The notes beneath the pieces were generated by a model. It did no database searches. It was given only the letters and a program-made list of their open reading frames with translations, and was not told the origin of the DNA. A program made the translations under genes and the position numbers. DNA of 64,000 nucleotides. Source: Saccostrea echinata. Its lineage: Eukaryota. The stretch lies in the NCBI RefSeq assembly GCF_033153115.1, contig NW_026889824.1:1240001-1304000 (forward strand), written 5' to 3'. Position 1 is the first letter of the stretch. The number at the start of each line of letters is the position of its first letter. This document shows, one piece after another, positions 49,872 to 60,522 of this stretch.

Positions 49872-52800
49872 TTATATAGATATCAAATATATGATAGAGT
49901 TTATTATACCTGCTGTACTGGGTTTACGTATTGTAATGAGAGGAATCGTGAGATCTCTGTCAGCTTTCTCCACCCCACCGTTCTTTTCTTTACCCTCAGG
50001 CAGTATCCTTCTCTGGGAAGTGGGTGTGTTCACCTCTAGAGGTTTCTCGACTGGTAAAACACAATTAAATATAATATCTTTTATCCACTTAATTTGTTGG
50101 TGAAAACATTCCATCAATGGTTAAAAATGTCAGCAGAAAGGTAAATTAAAAACAAAATGATACTAGTTACTTAGTATATAGATTGATAAGTATATTTTGC
50201 ATGGTGATGTACTTTTTAAAAAGAACTTAGAAAGATTTGCAATGGCAAACTCACGAGAGTGATCCGTGTGACCTTTCTCGTCAGGAGGATAGACAAATCC
50301 TAGTACTTCTTCGTCATCATCCTTATCAGGACTGCCAGCATCCGGTGTCAAACCACCCTCTTCATAAACTAAAACAAGAGACGTTTGTGAAACACGTATG
50401 CCCCTCAAATAATTGGAATTTTTCTAAGTCCAAGGGGCATAACTCTGTCAAAAATTGCTTGATCATACCCAAAACAAAACTTGACCTAGATATTCTGAAG
50501 ATAAATCTGTATACCAAATTTCATTTCAGTATGTGCAACCGCTGCGAGGAAAATGAATGGAAACTTGGTGGACCGACAGACAGCAACAAAGCAATATGCC
50601 CTCCCTTCTTTAAAGGGGGGCATAATAATAAAAAACAATCTTATTGAGATATCTATTTGGTACATTTCAGAATTATTTGTATATGTGCAAGATAAGTTAA
50701 TATCTAAAGGGTCTTGGAATGAAGTCATACTAATCACAAAACTTTTTAAAATTAAAATTCAATCGAAAAAAATCTGAATGAGAGTTCAGAAAAATTATGG
50801 TGTCAATATATAATAACTAAAGTATCTTGAAAGAAATATCATACATTTGAATTTTGGAGGGAAAATTAGAAACAAGTCAATATTTATTATCACTTTTAAG
50901 AATACTTTTTTTAAAAAACTGCTCTCAGCTTTATACAAACCAATCTTGTCCTTTTTCTTTTTGATCCAGACAAGTTTTCCTTCATGGATTCCGGGTCTTT
51001 TTTGGCAGCAACAGCAGTACAGAACCATACAGACACTTATTCCTACAGCACACACCACCACTATCGTCACCGCAACAGTGCTAGACAAATTATAATACAG
51101 ACACTTATTCCTACAGCACACACCACCACTATCGTCACCGCAACAGTGCTAGACAAATTATAATACAGAGAGTTATTCCTACAGCACATACCACCACTAT
51201 CGTCACCGCAACGTTACTGGTAAATCATCAGGGTTTCAGTTAGTAATTGGGAGATGTGTACAAATGTTCACAAGGTTTTTTTTGGTTAATTAAGAACTTT
51301 CATCCATCCATCCAATACATTAAGAACGTCGTTCCAATCATTAGTTGGAAAATCAACAACTTTCTTTGTATCAAGTTAATTAAAAAGAAAACCATAATCA
51401 ATATACAATTTTTGCGGCAATTTTATTTTTTTTTTTTACAGTAAACAATTTAAAAATAAATCAGTGACTAAAGTCTAATGATCGAGATGATAATTTGTTC
51501 AAATGTTTTTTGTTATTACTTAAAAGCGACAGTCGCTAATGTTCTCTCATTCAACAGTTCACAAACATATAAAAGCTTATTTAGAATTCTTGAAAATAAA
51601 TAAAAAATACACCAGGTTTTATCTTTCATAATATCTTCCTTAGTATTACTTGTATCATAGTTTTTCCTACAAAAGCGTCAAATGTTTATATTCTCTTATT
51701 CGAAAGTTAACAAATGTCAAAATCTGTTCTGATTTGAATTCTTGTTTCTAAAAGATGAACTAATTATATAACTCAAATAGGTGTATGTTATCCCTAGATT
51801 TTACTTTTCATAATCAATTATATTCCTCATGCGTCCCATAGTCTTTGGTACCTACACAGAGTTATCTTCCCCGCCGTTTTTCTTGACAATCTTTGGTCTA
51901 CAGCAGGTATTGTTACAACAGTCTGTTAGTCCTTTGTCCTGGTCAGGAAGTGGACATGTAAAGTTCATGAATACTGACCCATTCACATCAACACCTTTCT
52001 TGTCAAAGCAGAGGGTTGGTTCTATATAAAAAATGGATAATCAGGAATTTTATATGTCAGCACTTTTTCTTGTATATACTTTTTAATTGAATCATTAGAA
52101 AAATATTTACTTTATTTTAGAAAAAGAACTCATTTATGCAGGTGTAGCAAATGTATTGCCTAAACCATCATATCTGTGTAATAAATCTATGAAGGATGAT
52201 TTTTTTCCACTACTTCAGACTACATATATATGAATTTGTCTCCCTTCAACTTTATTTGAAATTGTCACCCTCCCATAACTTCAGGCTACACGAATAAGCC
52301 AAATAAGTTCCACAATATCAGACTATATAAATTTGTCTCCCATACAACTTCAGGCCCTATGGATTTGTCTTCCATTACTTCACGCTTCTTGAATTTGTTC
52401 CCTACACCTATAGGCTTTAAGAACTTGTACCTCACAACTTCGCGCTTTATGAATGGGGTTCTCGTGCAAAACTTCATGGTATACAAATTTGTCTCCACTT
52501 CAGACTACATGACTTCATCCCCCCACAAATTTAGGCTACATGAACTTGTCCTTCAAAACTTCAGGCTTTTATTTAAACAATGCATGTTTTGGAGGAAATT
52601 TTGTCAATCGACTCGTCAGCGGAGATTGACAATGGTTTTCCTAGGGGTGCCAATATCAATTTTTGTCCTAAAAAGATGCACAATTTACTCTAAAATACTG
52701 AATATCTGATTGATAAATTTAAAAAGCGGAAATAATTCTGAATCGGATTTCGTTTCGATAAACTCTTTGCGCTTACGTTTTTCTCAATTAGAAAGCTTTA

Positions 52801-55800
52801 ACAATGATTTACTGACCTCTCAAGTGCTTTTTGGTATTTAGAAAGTCCTTATCTTTCAATAATTTCGATAATTCCGCGCTGCAAACATTTTTCTTCTGTT
52901 GTTTTTGCACTCAATCTTATTCGGACTCAAGGTGTTATTGTTGTTTTACGTCCCGTTCGCTATTTTTTTACTAAAATAGAGAGACGTTACCATATATCGG
53001 GCTTAAAATTTAGACCTTTTCTCGGCACTCAGGGCTATTAGGCATCTTCAAATTGCCGACGCCTACCGTGACCGAGGCCTCGGTTTTTAGGTCTCACCCG
53101 AATAACCCGTATTTTTCAATTCCAAGTGCCGAGTGCTTGGCAAAGGAACAATTGTTACCCATTTTCATCGACTTAAGTCAGTCGCGGCCGTGGAGTTGCC
53201 CCGACGACCTTCCGTGACGGAACAAGCGCTGCTGACTGAGCTATGGTGACGGTTCAAGCAGAAATTAACGTCGTGTTTATTAGACTTATTCCAAACGCAC
53301 AACTGACGTGTTAAGAATTCAACTCTACGCGTATAAACTAACATTATTCTTATGTCACCCCTTGCGCATTAAATTGCTAATGCTAAAGGTAACATTAAAA
53401 TAAGCTAATGCTTCTACACCAATCAGATTTCAATATTTAACATAAAAGTATAACACATGAATTTGTTCACCTAAACCTCAGGTAATATGAATTTGTCTCC
53501 CATATAACTTAAGTCTATATGCATACTTCAGGCTATATGAATGTTTCGAACAATTTCATGCTTTAGAAGTAGTTCCCAACAACACCAGCTACATGAATTT
53601 GTCACATAAAACTTCAGGTTATATGAATTTGACCCCTACAATTTCAGGCTAAAAAAATTAGTAAACCCAAAAATTCAGACTAAACAAATTTGTCACTCAT
53701 ATTTTCAGTCTATTTAAATATATTCCCACATCTTCATGCTATATGAATTTGTCAGATGCAACTCTGGGCTACAGTGTACATGCGTTTGTCTCCCTTAACT
53801 TCAGTTTATATTAATTTGTTCCCCACGACTTCAGCCTTTCTGCATTTCTAGAAAACGATGTCCAATTTCAGTCTATATGAATGTGTACGTCTCCCACAAT
53901 TCCACGTATTCCAAAAATAAAGTTCAAACGTTTATATGTCAAATGTGCACTTTCTAGAGAGCATCTGTGTCCAGTTTTATTTTTCTGTTACATAAGTCCA
54001 AGGACACCTACTCTCTTTACACAGTTACAAAGTTGATGAAACACAAGGTAGTATGTCTTGTTTTTAATTCATCAATACACTGAAATGCACATATATATCT
54101 AAAGATTTTTTGTAAGTTATAATCTTCATAATGACAAGTAAAATCATAAAAAAGAACAACAGTAATAACATGCAAATATACATAAGTGTTCCTGAAAATA
54201 CATGCAAAGTGTGTTGACCATCGCAGTATTCTGCGTATAGAACCAATATTTTGGATTATGACGCTTATGTCTGCACAGAAAACTGTTTATTACCGCGGCA
54301 TTTTTTACGAGAACACCACCACTTGTGTTACTAAATGTAATCTGAATACATTCTGCTAAATATAATAAGAAATATTTTTGGATGCACCATTATCTTTGCC
54401 ACTGTCCTTCCTGCTAATAAACAGGCCTATTACATGTTCTTCAATTACGATTGACTTTGCAATTCATCGGCGAATATTTATCTGCGAGCCAAGCTAATGA
54501 TTATATACAGACAATAAATGTATAGAGTCATTAATACACTCTCTCATACAGACATTTTCCTGTATAATTCTGAATATCTCTTTTCTTTGCACATTCAAAA
54601 CGGAGATTTTGTACCCTAGACAATTAAAGTGCCAGAATTCATAACAAAATTCAATAAAGTTTAGGAATTCTGAGGTACCATTACAAAATCGCGTATCACT
54701 CAAACGTATAATAAACTCTATCCAAGAACACATAAACTCGAAGTTAAAGAAATGTACAGTTGCTTTATCTGAGAGGCTGCAGAGGGTAATGACAACACTA
54801 TCCTCTTGTTTGTTAATTAGCAATTAGAATATTAAGAATTTTGATAAAGTTTTCAACAACTCAAAATTAGAGAGACTTCTACCTTATGTAATTGTTATGA
54901 ATCAGCCATCGTAACTATGACATTAAAATAGAAGTAATGTTTCAAACACTTTGTATTGTTACATTTTCTGCCAATTGCCAAGTAAACAAGCATGGCACAA
55001 GGAAGCCAGAATACTCAATCTAATCACTTTCATGATAAAAATGTTGTTCTCTGCATAAATAACACCGAGAAAAAAACTGCAAACCGACCAGTTGCATACA
55101 ACATTCTCTGTAGACGTATACTCATTTCAGTTCCTGCTACAAACCTTTGTCTGGATATAGTTCTTTATACTCCCTATATCCGTAGATAGAGTTGTACACA
55201 GTGACGTTATTTGCTGGTGTTTCTCTTTTAGATTTGTCATGATCTAATGCAACAACTGTCACGGTTAAAATACCTACAAAATGAATTTTAATGTGATAAT
55301 ATAAATTGTAAATTCATACGTAATGCAATAATTCCTAACTTTATACTCCCCTACCAACAACCAAATATCTGGCTTCCATTCGAAGTTAATTACGATCTAA
55401 ATCGATGAACACATTCACATTGAACCCTATACAAACTAAAACCATGTGTTTTAAGGGATATTATAATTTTGAAAGTGGTATAAATTTAATGGCAATTTTA
55501 GTTCTATATTTTTTATGAATTACTCATCTTATGAAATATTCAGAGAGACTCGCGTTTGGGAATTCACTTAATGGAAGGCTTGATTCAAAGTTGGTAGTAA
55601 TAACATTTGGGTCTATTGATCGATAATCTGTTAGATTTGTAGCGTTTTATCTATGACGCGGTTCCAGCGAATTTTATCACCAAAACAATAGGCGGAATCC
55701 AGGGCATCTCCTCGAGTCATCGTGTCACTGAAACAACAGGATCGATTATTTAGGGGGATTGGGGAGTCTGGGTTTTCAATGAAGAGGCTTGTCCTTATAA

Positions 55801-56020
55801 CAGAAAAACCTGTTCGGATATGATAGACAAGGAAGCGAAGTTTCTAGAAAACGATGTCCAAGATCAATTATTGCGAAAAGATTATGCTGTGCAAGGCATG
55901 AAAATAAATTATAAATTGTAGCATCAATTGAATATTTTCTATATTGCAAAGTAGAGAGATAGGCATTTATCATACATTACCTATTGTAAAAAACACACTT
56001 AAAATTCCTTTCTGATACAT
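49872..56020 (-). CDS. Shisa-like (6-Cys) single-pass type I membrane protein, paralogue B
   Basis: Exons 56020-55981, 55273-55145, 52021-51856, 51080-50941 (alternative acceptors 51216, 51148), 50368-50255 and 50050-49910 or read-through to the stop at 49872. Exon sizes 129/166/140 and phases are identical to paralogue A. MYQKGILSVFFTIGILTVTVVALDHDKSKRET..CFDKKGVDVNGSVFMNFTCPLPDQDKGLTDCCNNTCCRPK..TM..LYCCCCQKRPG. The 3' end is uncertain. Confidence 0.78.
50375..50632 (-). mobile_element. Short HINE-like element abutting a splice acceptor of paralogue B
   Basis: Minus strand: TTATGCCCCCCTTTAAAGAAGGGAGGGCATATTGCTTTG..CTGTCTGTCGGTCC.. ending GGGGCATACGTGTTTCACAAACGTCTCTTG. Confidence 0.7.
51020..51216 (-). 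repeat. 68-bp tandem triplication of the 5' part of the TM exon
   Basis: CTATCGTCACCGCAAC recurs at 51061, 51129 and 51197 (period 68). Confidence 0.93.
52225..53900. repeat. Degenerate ~30-bp tandem repeat, interrupted by a SINE and other sequence (52570-53455)
   Basis: Units of the form ATGAATTTGTCTCCCATAACTTCAGGCTAT lie on both sides of the interruption. Confidence 0.7.
52935..53253 (-). mobile_element. tRNA-derived SINE (near full length)
   Basis: Minus strand: ACCGTCACCATAGCTCAGTCAGCAGCGCTT (A-box), GGAAGGTCGTCGGGG.. head, body GCCAAGCACTCGGCACTTGGAA..GGGTGAGACCTAAAAACCGAGG, and tail GGGACGTAAAACAACAATAACA. Confidence 0.7.
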
Positions 56021-56711
56021 TTCCGCTGTTCATTTCACAAGCGCAATTTGTGTTTGTTCTTCTCAAACATCATCTATACTCCATGGCTATTGTTCCTCTA
56101 ATCAATATCGTGTGCAGCAAATGATGCGTAGTGCTTTTGTTCGGAGGGTTGGATGCGTAATATGACAAGCAGCGGCTACAACTCGTCCTACAGATCTCTG
56201 TAAACGTGTGTTCTGCTCTTAGTTTACACTTATTTTAATTACTCAAGCATGTGTAAAATTCAGCTTTACCTTGACACCGAAGATGGCAATATTGTTAAAG
56301 AGTAGTTGCATAGCAGAGGGGTGAGACACCATGTCCCTTGTATAAAAATGCCGAACATGACAGCTGTTCCGCAACGCTGGTTTCATTGTTGCTTGTTATT
56401 TATTTCTGTCATGTCTATTTTGTCACGAATGTAAGTGTAAAATGCACATTTAAAATTGTACAATTTTTATTTTATTTAATTTTTGTTATATGCATAGAAA
56501 CCAATTTTTTCCCCAATTTATGAATTGATTGTGCATTATTGATCATTTCATTGAGCATTGAATTCTCAGTGATAAAATATCAAATAGAAATAATAAAGAT
56601 ATGCTTTCTGATTTTTATTTTATTGAGAGGGGAGGGGTCTTAATACATGTAAATAAATTAATTAATTAATAAATAAATTCTAGTAAATAGGCTTAACTCC
56701 CTCCCAATATA

Positions 56712-57000
56712 AAACTAGAGGCTGTGAGCACTGAACTCACAAAATGATACCCCCCTCATATGATTATAATGGCAAAGTCCATGTTTTGCTATTTGAGACC
56801 CGAAATAAGTGTCAGATCAAAATGTAAAATAGGAGGTGCACAATGTAACAAAGATTCTGTAAAAGTCTCATTAAATTTCATTCAGTGGTGTAAGAGGAGT
56901 TGCAGATAAGAGATTGGTACCCAAAGCGGACGTACAGACAGCTGGACAGCTAGACGGCTAGATGGACACTCCTATCACCATACACCCCCCTCTTTTCAAG
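56712..57000 (-). mobile_element. HINE-like element (third family), minus copy
   Basis: AAACTAGAGGCTGTGAGCACTGAACTCACAAAATGATA at the left end and a (GACA/GGAC)n microsatellite at the right. It is the inverse of 57150-57622. Confidence 0.7.
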
Positions 57001-57149
57001 CGGGGAGGGGGGTCTAAAGATCAGAATATAATTTTAATGAGCATCTCCTAATTGCATTAGAAGTTGGAGCTGTATCTTTAACAGTGCATTGTGATGATTT
57101 TTACGCAAATAGTCGCCCGCGTGGCGCAGTGGTTAGAGCGTCTGTCTGT

Positions 57150-57622
57150 ACATCCGTTCGTCCGTCCGTTACGCTTTGGGGTACCCGTCTTTTATCCTCA
57201 ACTCCTCTTATACCACTGAATAAAATTTAATGAGACTTTTACTGAATTTTTGTTACATAGTGCCATTGTGCACCTCCTATTTTACTTTTTGATGGGACAC
57301 ATATTTCGGGTTTCCAGTAGCAAAAACATAGACACTGCCATTCTTTCTATAATATTGGGGGACACCAAATCTTTTATCCGCAACTCCTCCTATACCACTG
57401 AATAAAATTTAATGATACTTTCAGAATATCTTTATTACATAATGCCATTGTGCACCATCTATTTTACTTTTTGATCGGACACTTATTTCGGGTTTCCCAT
57501 AACAAATACGGTTTTTGCCATTATAATCATATGGTGAGCTTTTTGTGCGATATGTATGACCTGAAATGACCATAGTGAAAAATATCATTTTGTGAGCTCA
57601 GTGCTCACAGTACCTCTAGTTT
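57150..57622 (+). mobile_element. HINE-like element (third family), plus copy with two ~175-bp units
   Basis: (GTCC)n start, duplicated CAACTCCTC.TATACCACTGAATAAAATTTAATGA..CATTGTGCACC.CCTATTTTACTTTTTGAT unit, and end ATCATTTTGTGAGCTCAGTGCTCACAGTACCTCTAGTTTT. Confidence 0.72.
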
Positions 57623-59916
57623 TTTTTCTGTATTATGTGAAACTTTAATCCCCTTTTAAAATTCTTTTTAAATTTGACCCATTGTGAACCAGTTGCTCTT
57701 AAGAGGACAAGTTTCAAGTGATATTTTCCTATACCTATCAGTCATCACCTTCCATATCAAAATGTTGTCATTAAAATATTATCTTTATAATGCAAAAATT
57801 TCCTTAAAATTTTTAATTTCCCTGAAAATATATTCCCATGTCAATCCCCCCTCTCTCCTCGTTGTGGCCCCACCTTAGCCACCAAGCCTATGATTTGAAC
57901 AATACACTGATTCAACATTACACAAAGATATCTCAATTCTATTATAACCAAGTGGCCCTGCTGTTCTTTAGATATTTTAATGGATTTTCCCATGCCACAT
58001 GCTAACTGATTCCCTAACTGTGGCCCTACCCTAGCCACAGTATTCAAGACCTATACCTGATTTTACGCCACATGAAGACTGCCAATACTAGGTATATTAA
58101 TAATTCCAATAGTAACCGCTGTTCTTGACAAACTTAAATGCAAACAACATTAAGATACTTGTATATTTATGACTGTGACCCTGTTCTCCTTGAGAAGATT
58201 TTAAAATTTATTTCCAAATATATTCCCATATCAAATGTTGACTTCCTATTACACTCCAACCCTACTTCCAGAAGTCATGTACGGAACAGACTTGAATGTA
58301 CCCTATCCTCTTTAACACACCTGTGTATTTTAATTTTTAAAAGTCTTTGAAGAAATCAATATCGCTTGTTTGAGATTCATTTAGATAGCTAAGATAATAT
58401 TGCTTTAATTGTTTAGTTTGCACAATGCGTGATTCTTTGGGTGTGCCTGAACCGCTTTAAAAAAATAGATGAACCTTTAATTCATGCTTGACTGAACCAT
58501 TTTATTTGAATTCATGCAAGAAAGTTCCCTGCACATATACGTGTATTATTTACTTGTAAATATTCCAAAACTCACAAATAGCAGCTTGACTTCCACTAAC
58601 TTATCATAGAGAATTCAGACTTAACAAAATCATGTTTTTGTGCTGCAACGATGAGCCGAACCATAATGGTAACAGTTTGTATTCCAACATATGAATATTC
58701 ATTTATATGTCTTTTGGATTATTTAAATGCATGAAAATTAATGCATGTTTATGTAGTCTCTGTTGGTATAAGCATTTTTTTAAATGTCATCAGAATACTA
58801 GTCATAGAAAAAATTAAACATTATTTATTAACCCTTGTCCACCTGTGTCTCAGTTTTCATGTACTCTTGATGTTAATTTTAATGATAGTCACATAAATGG
58901 GTGGACAGTATAGCAGACTATTTCAGACTTTCTGAATGAAGCTGTTGCTTCAGTTTAATTTAATGCCGATTTCCATTGTCTTCAATATATTACATTGCTT
59001 TCAATTTGAATTTATACTTATTTTTTGCTCTCACAGCCGGTCGCTTTCAATTCACTATTTTTATACCTACTTTGATGCCTCGCGGTTATTTCAGGTCAAA
59101 CATGTGTTTATTTATATTTTGACTTCTCTGGGAACTCTTTAGTCTGTGGTTCCATTTTGTCTTTTTAAATATTTTATGACACTAGTGTTTTCTAGCAAAA
59201 GACCCAGCTTTACTGACACATGGAGTATCTTAAATGCCTACATTTCGATTGATTGCTTTAATTCTCAAATTGATGAGGTAAAAAAGAAAAATCACCTCAC
59301 AGTGCAAAATAAATCGTCAACATGGATTCATAATTACAATGCCTGGTAATCCCCAACGCACAATAAAAACGTCAAACAGTGATTTAAAAAGTAAAAGCCG
59401 TAGTAAATACCTGGCAGACTTCTCACAAAACGACTTGAAAACGCCGCTTTTAATCTCTTGTTCCTGATAACTGAATGTAAATTTACCTTTAATATAAGGG
59501 TCAACAATGCTACATGTACACATAGATCTTGGTACAGGCAAACGCCTTCCAGATCGAAGCTGTAACCTCCACCGCGCATGCGTACTTATGGAAGGCGCTT
59601 GCCAACGAAAAAGCCGATTAACAAATTTAATCCAGTTGTAAAAAATCCCCTAATAATTGTATCTTTACAAATTATTGGCTTTGTTTGAATCCTTAGTAAT
59701 GCTGTGCCTCTCATTATGCATTAGGCGTGTTTGTGAGATCTGTTCTGTTAAAGGCAATCTTCATACATCCTTGCGTTCAATTTTTCAGTGAGATTTAAAA
59801 TTTTCTCATTGATGTATATCAAAAGGATTTAAAATGAAGCACATGTTAAACAAGTGGTTTGCCAGTGTTCAGGAGCATTCTGGTACGTAAAAATCGATCT
59901 GATTTTGTGATTTACC

Positions 59917-60522
59917 ATGGAAGTGGAAACAAATAAAAGTATGGATTCGACGGTAGGAATAAAAATATTGAAAAAGAATAGAAGCACACCATTTCAAAAA
60001 AGGATAGCGTCAATTGCCTTCAAATCGGGAGATGACGTCACGGACTGGATGAACGCTGGAAACAGAGCTACTGCCAGCATCAAGACGCCAAAATATGGAT
60101 TGCGCAGGCGCCCGCCTAAACTTCCATCGCCGCTGATTCGACTTCCAGCCAGCAGCATTAGTGATACCCCAACGACAATGACAACGGACTCCATTTCACG
60201 TTCTACTTACGTAACTCTTCGGGGCTCTAGTATAACGCCATATGCATATCTTAATTCAGAGACATCTCGAACAAAACCAGCAACAGCGGCAGACAACGAG
60301 ATTTTGTCTAGAAAGGATGCATCTAACACGGACAGATCAACGAAAAGCATCTTGAGTCAAAGGGAAGTTCTGGGACCGATTAAACCAAATGGAAATCAAC
60401 TACCTCTCAAAGCCCACACTTCGATGGACAGACACTCCAATGGTTCTCTGGAAATCGCCAAAGTTAGCGAATCTGCGCCATTACAACGATCAGAGTCCAA
60501 AAGAAACTTGCCTCACCCTACG
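59917..60522 (+). CDS. Probable first coding exon of an unidentified gene (Ser/Thr/Pro/Arg-rich, likely disordered N-terminus); gene continues downstream
   Basis: Good Kozak ACCATGG, 202 open codons with raised GC, and a strong phase-0 donor ACG|GTATGT at 60522/60523. No recognisable domain. Confidence 0.6.

Noticed and set aside
52817-52878. Extra coding exon of paralogue B (AELSKLLKDKDFLNTKKHLR)
   Set aside because: Its start phase (2) is incompatible with the phase-1 donor of exon 2, and paralogue A has no counterpart.
54064-54246. Hydrophobic ORF as signal-peptide exon of paralogue B
   Set aside because: It ends in a stop with no suitable donor. The true exons 1-2 were found at 56020-55981 and 55273-55145 by homology to paralogue A.
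57115-57142. tRNA gene
   Set aside because: Only the 5' third is present, with no B-box or T-arm.
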